This document shows, piece by piece, positions 38,788 to 53,340 of a stretch of 64,000 nucleotides of DNA. The DNA lies in contig CATOCA020000001.1 of NCBI GenBank assembly GCA_951406725.2, positions 1,054,001 through 1,118,000 on the forward strand, read 5' to 3'. The notes beneath the pieces were generated by a model. It was not told where the DNA came from. It was given only the letters and a program-made list of their open reading frames with translations, and did no database searches. The number at the start of each line of letters is the position of its first letter. The first letter of the stretch is position 1. This DNA is from Octopus vulgaris (lineage: Eukaryota). The position numbers and the translations under genes were made by a program.

Positions 38788-41700
38788 AAAGGAGGAAGAG
38801 GAGAACACCGGTGACGTTTAACGAGGAGAACACCGGTGACGTTTAACATGTGAGAACGATAAAACAGGGCTCCGAAATCTATCCACAAACATCGAAAACA
38901 AAGACATCGTATGGAGCCAAAAATTAACTGACCAAGGATTGGACTATATCCGAGTAAGTAATACTCATTGAAATTTATTACTATTTTCCAAACGAAATTA
39001 CATATTTCAACTCGATATCATCTCCACCTCTAACACAACACATGTAAACATGCTCGATACATTACGATCGATCAACACCAGATCATCTCCGGCACCAAAC
39101 ACCATGTAGAAAAAACTACGAAGAAATTAAATAATACCGATATTATTCAACCCAAGAATAACAATCGGGAAGTACGTACTTTAAACTTACAACATAAAAT
39201 GTACGAAAGACTACACGTGCAAAACAATGTGACGACAGAAATGAACTGACAAAAATGACGACCGTCAAAATAATGGGCCGGACGTTGTTCCTTATGTCCC
39301 GCAAATAAAACCCAAAAGACATAAATGGACATTTGAGGAATACATTTCTATCCTACACGCTCCGTTTACAGCAGTACTCTACCCAGAGAATGAAAACACA
39401 ACAACACATACATATAAAATATGGAAGAAAAATAACATAAATATAGACTTGGATACAGCAATGAACCCTAATAAACTAGCTAACGTACAAAGATATATTC
39501 TCAACGCAAAATAAAATATAAGAAATAGAAATAGAACATTTAAAAGAAAAAATACATCAGTAAAATGTAGATAGAAGCCACACAACAATGCCCAATAATA
39601 TAAACACTGAAACAGTAAAACACGAAGACAAACGTAACATTTCCAACAAAAACGATGTAAACAAAAAAAACAACAAACCCAGACCGTAAGGATGCATAAT
39701 AATACACGACAAACAGCAAGCCAAAACACAAAAAACAAACATACGAACGTGAAAAAAAGCGACACAAATGTAAAACCTGGAAACAACGAAGGGGACCCTA
39801 ATGATTATGATACTATAAAAAGTAGAATAATCAAAGAACTGAAAACACAGATCTCAAGATGGACCACCGACCATACCTCCCAAAAATCAAAATAGACAAA
39901 ACAACAACATCAATTATAAACAGCATAAACCTAGCCATCACAGAACTAATAGCCACTGAAACAAGTAGCGATATCACTGAGCTAAATGACTTAGTATATG
40001 CAGCAGCCACTGCAGCCACAAAAGAAGCTGGATACTCCCTCAAACCCATCCAAACAGGAGTACCACCACCCAAACAAACCCTGTGGATAAATAACATCCA
40101 AAAGAAAATACAAAAAATGAGAAAAGATCTGTCGATTCTTAACGAAATCAGCAAACAATCAACGCTACTAAGCAACAAAAAGAAAACAAAAATACTGTTC
40201 AAATACAACATCATAGAAAAAGATTTACCTGAGATAAAAGAAAAACTAAAGCAAGATATCCTTGCCAAAGCACAAAGGATCCGCCGGTATGAGAAACGCC
40301 AACGTTTCTTTGAACAAAACAAAGAGTTCAACTCCAACCCCAAAAAGTTCTACCAAGAACTTGGTGAAATTAAAATAGACATCACTGCAGCACCAACGGC
40401 AGAAGAAGTGGAAGAATTCTGGAAAGGAATATGGTCGGCGAATGAACAACCAAAAAAAAAGGAATATTAAAACAACAAACATAGCATCTGAGCAACTTTG
40501 GACCCCCATAAAAACTGAAGAGGTCACCCAGGCACTGCAAAGACTAAGCAACTGGAAGGCACCTGGGCATGACAAGATCCCCAACTTCTGGTTGAAATAT
40601 CTACCAGGTATACGAAAAACGCTGGCTGAAAGCTTTAACAACATACTGGCAGAACCAGAGACAATGCCTGAATGGCTCACGAAGGGGAAAACCATCTTAA
40701 TTCCCAAATCCAATGAGACAGCAAAACCAGAAACTGCAGACCTATAACCTGTCTCCCTACAATTTACAAAGCATTTACTGCAATAATATCACAAAGATTA
40801 AACAAGCACCTGGACAAAAACCACCAGTTCCAGAAGAGCAGAAAGGATGCCGCAAAGGCTCATATGGCTGTAAAGATCAACTAATGATCAATAAAGACAT
40901 AACTGAAGACAGTCACAGAAAGAAGAAAGGCCTCAGTATGGCATGGATCGACTACAGAAAGGCGTTTGATAGCATCCCCCACACATGGATCCTCGAAACA
41001 CTAGCCATTAACAAAGTAGCACCAACAATTATAAAATTCATAGAACACTCTATGAATAAATGGCAAACAGTGCTACAGCTCCAAACAAAAGAGGGATTCA
41101 TGAAAACCAAAGCCATCCCCATTAGGATAGGAATATTCCAGGGAAACACGCTCACTCCACTCCTTTTCTGCTTAGCACTGTCACCTCTATCTGATATGCT
41201 AAAAAGAACTGGATGCAGATATAAATGTTACAGCAAAACGATCAGCCACCTTTTATATATGGATGAGCTAAAACTATACGCTGCAAATGACAAACAGCTG
41301 GAAACACTATTAAAGACAGTTCATGGATTTACCAAAGAAATAGATCTGAAATTTGAATTAGAAAAATGCACCAAAGTAACCCTGAAAAGAGGAAAACTAG
41401 TTAAGAGTAGCAACATCACACTAGATAAAACCAATGAAATGAAAGAATTAGACCAAAGCCAAACTTACAAATACTTAGGAATCCATGAACTAGATAAGAC
41501 ACAACACACACAAATGAAAGAGAAAATAAAAAAAAGAATATTATAGACGAGTTAGATCAATACTAAAAACAGAGCTCAATGCTAAAAACAAGATAATAGG
41601 CGTTAACACTTTAGCCGTTCCAGTTGTAAGTTACAGCTACAGCATCCTTAACTGGACACTAAATGAACTGACCAAAATAGATAGGAAAACAAGAAAAATA

Positions 41701-42865
41701 ATGACAGGATCTAGGATGCATCACCCAAAATCTGACATAGAAAGACTATATATACAACGTATAAAAGGTGGTAGAGGCCTTATACAACTGGAAAACTACT
41801 ATAAAATAACCACCATAGGACTGCAAAAATATCTACTTCAGAAGGAAGGAAAACTGATACAAATAGCGGCAAACACGAGCAAAACAAAAAACAGTTCTCA
41901 GTATCTAAGGAAGCTGACAAATACAAACAAGAAATCATACCACCTAATAGATATGAAGAAGAAGAAGAAGAAGAAGAAGAAGAAGAAGAAGAAGAAGAAG
42001 AAGAAGAAGAAGAAGAAGAAGAAGAAGAAGAAGAAGAAGAAACAATAAAAAGCTATAAAACAAATGAAATCCAAATTAAAAATAGAACAGCAACGAACCA
42101 TGATAAAACGATGGCAAGAAAAGCCCCTTCATGGTAAATACTGCACTAAACTAAACGCAAAAGAAATAGACAAAGAAAAATCCCAGCAATGGTTGAGAAA
42201 TATTACAAGTAACTGCAGAATATGTGGAGATGGACAAGAAACAATAAATCATATTATCTCTGGCTGTCCAGTCCTGGCTAAGAAGGAATATATTCACAGA
42301 CACGACAGAGTTGGGACCTACATACACTGGGAGCTATGCCAACATTATGGAATAACAACAGAAAAAGATGGCATAAGCACACACCAGAAAAGGGCACAGA
42401 AAACGAGAAAGCAACCATAATCTGGGATATGCCGATAAACACAGATAGAGAAATTAAGGCCAACAGGCCAGATATAGTTGTCAGAGATCATGAAGGGAAA
42501 AATGCTTTCTAATTGATGTATCAATACCAGCAGATGACAACGTGTATCTAAAAGAAATGGAGAAACTTCCAAAATAGAAATAGAGGTAACCAGAATGTGG
42601 AATCTAAAAACAGAAACAATTCCTATCATAGTAGGTGCATTAGGCATGATAAAAAAATATTCAGACAAATACATAACAAAAACACCAGGACTTACAAACA
42701 CATATAACATACAGAAAATTGCACTACTAGGCACTGCAAACATCCTACGCAGAACACTTTCCATACAATAACCATCAGAGCATCACAACAAATCACAGCA
42801 CATACCCAAGGCACACAGAGCTGCGCTCGGTAGGGAAGTGAAAGCACGATATAATAATAAAACTA

Positions 42866-42870
<5 letters not shown>
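38788..42870 (+). mobile_element. R4/Dong-like non-LTR retrotransposon (RT + CCHC + restriction-like endonuclease), frameshifted
   Basis: WKAPGHDKIPNFWLK, WIDYRKAFDSIPH, GIFQGNTLTPLLFC, HLLYMDELKL; CRICGDGQETINHIISGC; HRHD; NRPDIV..LIDVSIP; (TAA)n on both sides (38689-38782, 42869-43001). Confidence 0.9.
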
Positions 42871-42931
<61 letters not shown>

Positions 42932-42933
42932 TA

Positions 42934-43002
<69 letters not shown>

Positions 43003-43021
43003 TGAAGAAGAAGACGAAGTA

Positions 43022-43060
<39 letters not shown>

Positions 43061-44269
43061 AACAATAACAACGAAGAAGTCGGTGATGAAGAAAAAGTAA
43101 TATAAGTAGCAAGAAAACAGAAAAGATGGACAAGCAAAACAATAACAAGAAAATTGGGAATGAGGATTGAAATGATAATAAAAATATATCAACATAAGTA
43201 AAATTATCAGACATACACACAGACACAAACGTACGAGGGACACACCAAACGTTGTTTTATGTTGTGGACGACTAGCTACATTAACATCCTTCCTAAAGAA
43301 ATTGAAACGGAATATGCAGCCATCACACTGGACAGTTTGACCAAATTGCCCCAGCTGTAGCTCACTGTACAAATAGAAAATGACGACTACCAACTTCAGC
43401 ACGTCATGTAATTGTAGAGTTTAAAATAACTCATTATTGAATCAGTATCTCAAAAGAGTGAGGGTGAATATATTTCTATACTTTCTTTTCTTGAAGTGAG
43501 TATAACTCTGCATAAATATATATTTCATAATATACCCACCTATAGATACAAATGCAAACATAGATATTCACGTACAATCATACACTCATACACAAAATGT
43601 TAGACATTTATGCAGACACATAGAGACACAAACAATCATAGACACCTTCATACATACTCTAACATGAAAATAGTAGCAGAACATTAGTTAGAGATAGAGA
43701 GAGAAAAAGGAAGATGAGAAGACATTAAGTTCTGAGAAAAATTTCGTAAATAAAATATCAAAAAACTTAAGCAACTTACATTTCAACTAAACTTTGAAGG
43801 TTTTGAAAGGATCCTTGTGGGATTGTTGTGATCTTATTCCCACCGAGATATCTGAAACATAAGACACAGTCCAAAAGAAAGAGTATTAAAAAGATTTCTT
43901 ATAAAATATTAAATCTTGTATCTTTAGAATGATATTAATAAAAAGAGGACGATGATGAAGAAAATGGCCGAGATGATATTGATGATGATGAGGAGGATTG
44001 CGATGTTGATTGTAAATGTTGTAATAATGACGGTGAGAAGGAAAAATGATGATGATTATTATCGAAAACGATGACAAAAGCTACCGATTAATTGGTGATG
44101 ACGACGTTGATTATTATGATGTTCATAACGAAGGTGAAGGTGATTCTGCATGCTAGAAATAGCAGAGTAAATGGGGGAAGGAAATAGTTATGATGACATG
44201 ATAAAATATAACGATTAGTGAATACGAAAATATGATTAGCAGGACTATGAATATGATAGCGCTGAAGAT

Positions 44270-44274
44270 GATAC

Positions 44275-44307
<33 letters not shown>

Positions 44308-44326
44308 CGATGACGACGATGATTAC

Positions 44327-44367
<41 letters not shown>

Positions 44368-44600
44368 CGACGACGACGATGACGACGACGACGATGATGA
44401 TGATGATGATGATGATGATAATGATGATGATGACGATGATGATGATGATGATGATGATGAAGAAGATGACGATGATGATGATGAAGATGATGATGATGAT
44501 GATGACGATGATGACGATGATGACGATGATGACGATGATGGTGCTGCTGATGATGATGATGACGATGATGACGATGATGACCATAATGATGCGAAAGATG
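44270..44600. repeat. (GAT)n/(GAC)n compound microsatellite
   Basis: Direct reading; source of poly-His/Met/Ile ORFs. Confidence 0.95.
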
Positions 44601-44920
44601 TGATGAAAAATTAGAAATTGATATGAATAACGAAGGTGAAGGAAAATAAATCATAGAACGGATAAATATAGAAAAGTAGAAGAAGAAGAAGCGAAAATGA
44701 TTGACGAAGAGAGGAGAAAGCAGTTGAAAAAATTAAAAGCAGAAGAACCAGAAAATGATGAACAAGATGAATGTAGAGAAAAATTGTGAAGAAGACGATA
44801 AATGCAGGAAAAGAAGATATATTAAGACAAGAAAAATAACGTGGAATATCAGAATGGGGAAACAAGTGGGAATAAAGGAATATAAATACAAATACTGTAG
44901 TCACACATCAAACAAACACA

Positions 44921-44973
<53 letters not shown>

Positions 44974-45032
44974 GCACGTTTATGTATTTGTTTTGCAAGA
45001 ATTTTGATGTGAAATCGTGTGTTGAAACAGAT

Positions 45033-45520
45033 ATTTGTTGTATTTAGGAATGGTCATTTTGTCAGTTTAGCCAATAAAAAACACACGCACTATATATTTG
45101 GTGTTACTTTGCTTCAGCGTTATTCATTTTTTACATTAATCATAATCTTCTTTCGGCCAGAGTTCTTTCGTCACACTCCAGTGACCTCATCAGTGATCCT
45201 TTGCTTTCTTCTTTCTTATTTGTGTCTCTCTCCTTACCAAAGGTCAGCCATTTTGTATTTTGTATTTTTATTGTATGTGTCTTCACTTGCGCATATGGAT
45301 ATACATCTATATGTGTCTATGTTTAGTTAAAGTGTGTGTGGGGGGAAGAGCCTGTAATATTTGTATCTCCTGTTTATATAGGTTCGAAAGAACTCTGGCC
45401 GAAATAAGATTAAATTTAATGTAAAAAATAAATAACGATGAAGCAAAGTAACACCAAATATATAGTGCGTGTGTTTTTATTGGCTAAAATGGCAAAATGA
45501 CCATTCGTAAATACAACAAC
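45033..45520. repeat. Fold-back module (~135 bp inverted arms) with hammerhead core
   Basis: 45035-45170 is inverted at 45385-45519; minus strand 45155-45200 reads ggatca-CTGATGA-ggtcac-tggagt-gtgac-GAAA-gaac-TC-tggcc. Confidence 0.8.
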
Positions 45521-45839
45521 AATATATATATATATGTGTGTGTATGTGTTTGTACATACACACATCCACCTATATATACCTTATCAAACCCTGATGTATG
45601 AACGCACACACTCACTTCCAGCCCTCACATATATTCCCACTTTCTTACACACAGGCAAACACAAATTGCAAGACAATATGAATTGTAGAAGAATGAGGGT
45701 AAATAAAGAAGATAAGAGAGACATTTAGTTTGTGGAAATGACATTGGATGACATATCGTGATCTTATTATGAAGAAGATGACTAACATAAGAGAAAGTTG
45801 ATGATGAAGAATAGGCCGAAGAAGAAGAAAACAACGATG

Positions 45840-45865
45840 AAGCAGCAGCAACAACAGTAGTAGTG

Positions 45866-45926
<61 letters not shown>

Positions 45927-45928
45927 AA

Positions 45929-45960
<32 letters not shown>

Positions 45961-46020
45961 AGAAAAAGAAGAAGAAGAAGAAGAAGAAGATGATGATGTT
46001 GATTATGATGATAATGATGA
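45840..46020. repeat. (CAG)(TAG)(GAA)(GAT) compound microsatellite
   Basis: Direct reading. Confidence 0.9.
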
Positions 46021-46779
46021 TGAGCATCAACAACAGTAACAACGTTAAAACAACAATAAGAGAAGTGGCAGAAAATGTAGGAGCTGAAGAAAAGAATGAT
46101 GTAAAAAATAAGGAGGAAACGAAGGAGTCTGTCATGAAGACAACTTAAATATAATATTTCTGATCTTATAATAATTCTGTTTGTCATTATGTTAATTACT
46201 CCGTCGGTAACGCTTTCTCGTGATTAGAGAAAAAGAGGGAGAACGAAAAAGAGCGAAAGAGAAATGTCCATGACCTGAGTTTGAAGGAAGTGACTGTAAT
46301 GCTTTCACGTCATTAGTTGAATGGAAAGAGAGACAAAGAGAAAGAAAAAGGAATGAGAAAACGAAAGTAAGACGAAGAGTGGAGCAGAAAGAGAGGGAGA
46401 GGGAGAAAAGGGGAGAGAGAAAAAACCGAGGGAGAAAAAGAGGGGGAGGACATTGTGGTAGGGGGAACGTAATATTTATTACGTGACGAAAAAGTTAGTT
46501 GAAGGTCGTGATATTGAGGCGGGTTACGAATATAATTTTAGCAGAGCGGTGATGTTCTGATGGTGAGATTAAAATAAGGCAGATAGGTAGATAAACTGAG
46601 AAAATGGGAGAAAGGGGGAGTGAGAGTTGGTGGTATTGGTGGTAGTGGTTGTGGTGGAAATGGTGATGATGAGTGCATAATGTAAAGTAACTTATGAATT
46701 GAACTAAGTATTTTTTATCCCCTATCACTTAACACATGCTCATAAATATTCACACTTATTTACAGTGTCATATGTACGA

Positions 46780-46856
<77 letters not shown>

Positions 46857-47089
46857 CAATTAAGAAATATAAACATTATAATTAAAATATATATATTTCA
46901 TTTAAAATAAAGGTGGACACAGTAAATTCCATCTCTACAAGATCCCGATTAATGTTGTTACTGCTTCTCATACATGACGCCGTTGGTTGAGCTCCCGCTA
47001 TGGGGGAGATAGAAATTCGCAATTTAAGGTTATTTGATCCTTTTTCCAAAGCTGTGCTTATGAAATATTCAAATTACAAAACTTGACTG

Positions 47090-50000
47090 AAGAATGGAAA
47101 GTTAAAGAAGATTAAAAGCTACTAGCGAGAGGGTTAGGCACTACAGGCAGCGAATAAGAGAAGAACAGCGGTAAGAAACCAGAGAAAGGGACAAATGGTA
47201 CCAACAGATGAGACGATCTGCAATGGATGAAGAAGAACGCAAGGCACACATGTTGTGAGAGAGAATGCGAGACCAAAGTAGAAGACAGGATGAGGAAGAA
47301 CAAACACAGTAGAAGGAACAACAAAGATTGATATTTCAGCGGAGAATGGAAAACATGAATGATATGCAGCATCCGCAGTATCAGGACCAACAGAAAAGCG
47401 TAATGTAACAGAGAAGGGAGAATATGGATGATTTGGAAAGGGCTGCTTTCTCCAACGTCAAACAAAGAGACATCAAGATGGAGTTGCAAGTATGAATGCT
47501 GAAGAGGCGTTGCGTTTGCGAGATGAACAGGTGCAACGAAATCGTGAAAGAAGACATGGAGTACCACTGAACAGACACAATAATCCTAAACGAACCTATC
47601 GTATTGGTGATATGTACTTATAGTGCGAGTATTGTGGAGCACTGAACTTTAAATATGAAAACTTCATGTTCTTTCACAATAATAAAGTGAATTTTCCTCC
47701 ACTGCAACTAAACTTTCAGACTTTGAAGCGTTTGTCTGAGAAAATTGCCAAGAGTCTGCTTCATTTCGAAAACAACATCAGCAATTACAACTGCATATCT
47801 TCCTTTACGTCATTTGGTGTGAAACTCTCTGTGCCGCAACAAAGAGGTCTACATTGTTTCTGTATTGTGGAAGGATTCCGACCACCTTCCAATTGACTAA
47901 ACGGGAACTGACACATTCCTATTAAATAGACAACTGTCGAGTCTTCAGCAATTAATTGGTAAATAGTTCACTGTGAGCCATTGACAGAGAGCGTTGGGTA
48001 ATCGATTCGCGTAGTGTAAACACTTTCTTTCCCCCTGATTCCTTAAATCATACGTTCCAAACCAGGGTATAAAAGTGGCGACGATTTCTTCGAGGTTTGC
48101 GTTGGACGTTTAAATTTGTTTGGGATGGGTATGAAACCAAATAATATTCGTTTAAGATAGAAGGCTTAATGGCGTCTGTGGTGCAGTTGCAACAGCAACA
48201 ATAGTAACAACAACAAGAGCAACTACAACAGCAACAACAACAAAATCAATAGTTGCTGGAATCAATGTTAAAGTAGTCTAAAAAATACTTCAGGTGTGAA
48301 CTTGCCAGACAGCGTAGCAATCTCTATTGAAGTAGTATAATCCAGAGGAAGGGATTACCTTCTCTGAATATTTTCGAAGATACGAAGAAATTCTCAAACA
48401 AGAATTTAAAAATTGATCTGAGAGGAAAAATAGTACGACTACTTGTAACAAAGGTATCCCTTGCCGAATACAAAACATATAGTAATTATATTCTGCCGAA
48501 GAAGTCAGGTAAGATTTGTTAGAATAAAAACTATAAACATTTTATCAAATGATTTAGAACTGGACGAAAAGTAACTCTTCAGACAGAAGCAGAAGAATGT
48601 CAGGGAAGACGACGCTGAAAAAGAAATGAAGAAAAGAAACGATGCACAAAACGAAATTGAAGAAAAAGATTGCTCTCATATTCCAGTGTCTCCACCGTAA
48701 CGGATAAGAAATAAGAGAAATTAATGTCAAGATCGAATCCATGTTGTGGTTGCGGTGGTCAACATTTTAAAAGTAACTGTCCGTTTCAAAATATTAAAGG
48801 CGTCAAATGTGGCAAGAGAGATCATAAAATAATCACACTGTAGGACAAACCTGGAAGACCAAAAGACGAACAGCCTCAAGGGAAATTTGTGGACGTAAAG
48901 TTGCAACTAGATAAGGGCAGTGATATCTCGATAATTAACACAGATACATAGAAAAAAACAGAAGACCTAGATTAAAAGACATTTCGAAAATTGCAGGTGG
49001 TATTTCAGGAATATAATTACATTTTAATGACGTAATGATAAATCACGTTCCATTTCGTGGAAAAACCTTAGAAACCAAAGATTTTGTGTTGAATAATATC
49101 CCAAACTTATTAGGAACACTGAATAGAATTGTTTAACTTATCGGAACTAGCCATAAATCTTTTCAGTAAAAATGTGAATGGTTTTCTTGCCAAAACAAAT
49201 GAATCGTCGGACGATTTGTAAAAATAGTTTCAAAAAAATTTTTCCTGAAGTTCTCTCTGATAAATTAGATCACAGCATCACAACGAAAACGAAGTTACAA
49301 GTAAAAGTAAATGCCAAATCGGTATTTAAATATAAATGAACTGTAACTTTTGCATCGTTGGAACAGATAAGCTTTTGCAGCGTTAGAAACAAAGAAATAA
49401 ATTCAGAGTGTATGCTGATTTTTTCCACTGGTTTAAATGAGTGTCTTAAAACGTTCCACTATCCGCTACCTACCCTGGGGGATATATTTGCAAAATTAGA
49501 CGGTGGCAAGGTATTTTCTTAATTGGATATACTCATTAAAAGCGAATCACAAGATCAACATGTAGAGCACGTAATATATATGTTCGAAAAATTTAGGGAT
49601 TATATTGAAAAAAAAAGCGTCAATTTTTTTCTTACCGAAAATAAAATTGAACAAACAATTGAAAGAAATGGACGAGGACCAGATCCGTTGAAGGCAGACG
49701 CAATTAAATACATGCCCCCTCCGACAAATATGACGACCTTACGTGATTGATTTGGAGACAAGCAACTTATTACCAAAATTAAATTCTAAATATTCATAGG
49801 GTAAGTGTTACAGTAGATTATGTATTTAAAAAATGTCAATTGAAATTGCTCTGAAAATTGTCAAAGGGAATTCGACGAAATTTTAAAATATTAACATCTA
49901 ATTTATTGTTAGCACGCTTCGATTCTGTAGCGGAGAATGTTGTAACTTTAGATGCCTCTGAATACTGTATCGGCGCAGTAATGCTACATAAATAAAAAGA

Positions 50001-53000
50001 TGGTAACATGAAGGCGGTGGTTCTTGATATCAGCAGAAAATATTACAGCCAAATCAAAAAAGAGGCTCTTGTAATTATTTTTGCCGTAAAACATTGCATA
50101 GATTTTACACGGCAGAAGTTTTTGAATACAGACAGATCATCGGCCGTTATTATCAGTATATGAGTAAAAGAAATAAATATCTAGCCGTACTGCTAATAGA
50201 CTGCAACGCTGGGGTACTGTATTATGAAACTATGAATTTTAGAGTATATACCATCTAAAAAATTAGGACCCGGTAATTGTTTATCAAGACCGAGTTCAGA
50301 AAATGCTGAACCATTTGAAGATACCGTGATTGCTACTTTGCGAACGGAAAATGAAATTAAAAGCAAACTGTATAACTCCATGCGTGAACTGCTATTTACG
50401 TTACAAGACATAAAATTACAATTGGGAAACGATATATTCATTACAAAATGAAAGAAATGCAGAAGGATTAAAGAGATAAAAGATATTCGAGCCTATCACA
50501 AGGTGTGACAATGTGCTGATGTATGCACAAAGAGTCGTAGTGCCAACCACACTACAAAAGCAATTACTAAAGGAATTTCATATTGAGTCAAAGGGATTTC
50601 AATAATGAAATCGTTAATGAGAAGTTAGGTATACTGGCCAACAATGGACTGTAACATTGAAGACATAGTGATCGTATGCAATACGCTGTTCTCTAGCTCC
50701 AAATACACCCGTCACGAAATGGCACCCGTGGCTAAAATCACTTAAGGTTTCATATCACTTTGTTGTGGGGGAGAGATTTTCAACGTGGTCTGAAGTGCAT
50801 AAATGTAGAAAGCCGACATCTCTGGTTACAGAGATATCTGATGTTTGTTAGAAAGATCAGATCCATCTTTGATCAGCCGATACCGAGTGAGAATATTAAA
50901 AAAGGAATAATATTTCAAAATTCTTCAAGTTAGGTGACAAACTTTATTAAAGACCTATACATATATTAAACAAGGCTGGGAGGATGGTACAATTGTTTTA
51001 TAAATTGCAAGAATGACATTCCTGGTAAAAGGTAAAACAAATATCGAACATAAAAGACTTATTAACCAACTTAAAACCTGATTCAAGGAAAAATCAGACA
51101 AAAGAAGTGAATTTCTCATGAAAAAATTGCACGACACGTTTGAGGTACCAACACAGAAACAACTTGTAATTACACGTTCTAGCACCAGAAAACGAAACGA
51201 ATGGAAACACAAGAATTGAGCCCTAAGCATAAGAGATATTAAAACTCACAGCGACTTTAATTCTCAAGTGGAGAATTTAGGGGAGACTAATTCTATAAAG
51301 GGGAGATGCTGTGGAAAGATTCTGACAACATTCCAAGTGACTAAAAGTGGTCTGACACATTTCCATTACATGGAGAACTGTCTAGTCGTAAGCAATTTAT
51401 TGTGAACAATTGATTGGTAAGCATTTCCCTATGTTCCGTTGGCAGAGAGCGTCGAGTCTCATGTAATAGTAATCATATTGCGTCGTGTAAATAGCTTCGT
51501 TAAATTTTAAATCCAATACCAGGATATAGAACGTATTCAGGGCCAAACTTAGCACAACACTACGAACTGTCAATGGTCACCTGCAGTACAGTCAGTTGTA
51601 TATTATTAATGCATCAAAGAGTGGAAGCAAGTCAGAACTCCCAAAGCTCTTCTCAAAAATGGGTGTCATGTGCAACAAGTAAATCCTTAGGCTGAGTTAT
51701 ATGGGAACATGCACTTAATTGAACAACAAGAGATTGGAAGTGCCAGGAGTGAAAATTTACAATTACGAAAGAGTGAAATACGTTTCGAAAGAACGGGTTA
51801 GATAAGGCGCTACAATTTTTCCCCTTGCAATGAAATAACTGCACCCTGAAAACCCTAATTGACACGAGAGAGAAAATAATCTGCAGCGAAATAAGACTTT
51901 TGAAAACCGATATATCATTGGATTTCTGAAGGATATGGTGGACAGACATGTATTTGGTGTAAGAGTAACTCATGTCCGTGTCATCGACTTTCAAAAGAGA
52001 GGACTTCCACACTCCCGTATGCTCGTAGACAAAGTGAAGATCAGAGATGATATAGACAGAATGGTACCAGCAGAAAGTTCTGATTCAAATGATGACCCTG
52101 TCTTGCATGATTTGGTTTAAAAAAATTCATGATACTTAGACCTTGTGGTGTTGATAACCCCTCCTCGAAATACATGGGGAATGGCTCTTGCCAAACAAAG
52201 TTTCCCAAGAACAACAGAAATGAGACACTACTAAATATTAATGGATATCCAGAGTACAGGAGGCACAATAAAGGGATCACATCACAAGTTGAATGCCATT
52301 CTGTTGACAACTGGTATGTCGTTCCATATTATGCTTACCTATTAAAGAAATTCCGAGCTCATATTAATGTAGAAGTTCGCTCCTCTGTAAAAATGTCAAG
52401 TATATATGCAAGTATGTCTACAACGATCGTGATACCGCTTCAGTTGAAGTAAGGAATGATGCAGTTGCAGAAGATGGACAGACTCAGCAACCTCATGGTT
52501 AAATCAGAAATGATTTTGCGTGTGGATATGTTTCATCTTCTGAAGCCTTATGGAGAATGTCTACGTAGAAGCTGCATGACTCGTCCCACACTGTCTACAG
52601 ACTAGCAGTTCACTTTGAAGACCAGCGGAGAATGAGCTTTCTCAGAGGTAGCACTTAGCAACCTGCTCAAGAACAGAGAGATCGTGACAATACTCTCACT
52701 GCATGGTTCAAACTGAATGAACACGATTAACGGAAGTACTTGTACCCTAACATTCCTAAGAGTTATGTGTTTAATGAACGTACAAAAACATGAACACTCA
52801 GGAGAAGAATCAATACCATCGGCTGCAGAATGAACACAGTGAGTCCTAAGGACGTAAAAAAATTCATTTACGATTGCTATTTTGGATGTTCCAGGTGCTA
52901 AGCGCTTTGAGAAGTGAGCACTGTAGGAGGTGAAATCTATGCAACATTTAAAGATGCGTACATATGAGTTGGTCTCCTCGAAAATGATGAGGGTTTGGAG

Positions 53001-53340
53001 CATGCCATACTTGAAGCTGCTGCGAATCGGATGCCATTTCAGTTGTGTATTACGATTGCTGTCCTCTGCACCTATTCAAATCCTTCCAATGTTCTTCGCC
53101 TGTGGAATACTGACAAGAATTCTATGATGGAAGATTATGCTTACCGAGGGCTGAATGCAGACTCTACACTCCATATATTCTGTGTTAATTGAAAATGGCA
53201 CTAGCTGGTATAATATTAGCTTGCTTGTACCAATCGGAATGTAACGGGTTGAGCAGAAAGATGACATGAACCACCCACGCATTGCAACCCTTACCAACGA
53301 GAAGAAAGGGATCGCCGATGCAGCCATTAAAGAGAGTTGG
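47090..53340 (+). pseudogene. Helitron C RepHel remnant (N-terminus and Rep), split by an LTR element; helicase missing
   Basis: IGDM..CEYCGALNFKYE, NISNYN..FTSFG (47600-47860); IQGQ resumes at ~51535; VIDFQKRGLPH, PCGVDNP..CQTKFPK, GYPEYRR, VDNWYVVPY..FRAHINVEV. Confidence 0.85.
47866..51531 (+). mobile_element. Ty3/gypsy LTR retrotransposon, heavily decayed
   Basis: LTRs 47866-48074 and 51310-51531; PBS tggcgacga at 48076; PPT aaaggggaga before 3' LTR; TSD tgtat/cgtat; remnants LQLDKGSDISII (protease), ADFSTGLN..YPLP..IFAKLDGG (RT), DASEYCIGAV, YSQIKKEAL, TDHRPLLS (RNase H). Confidence 0.9.
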
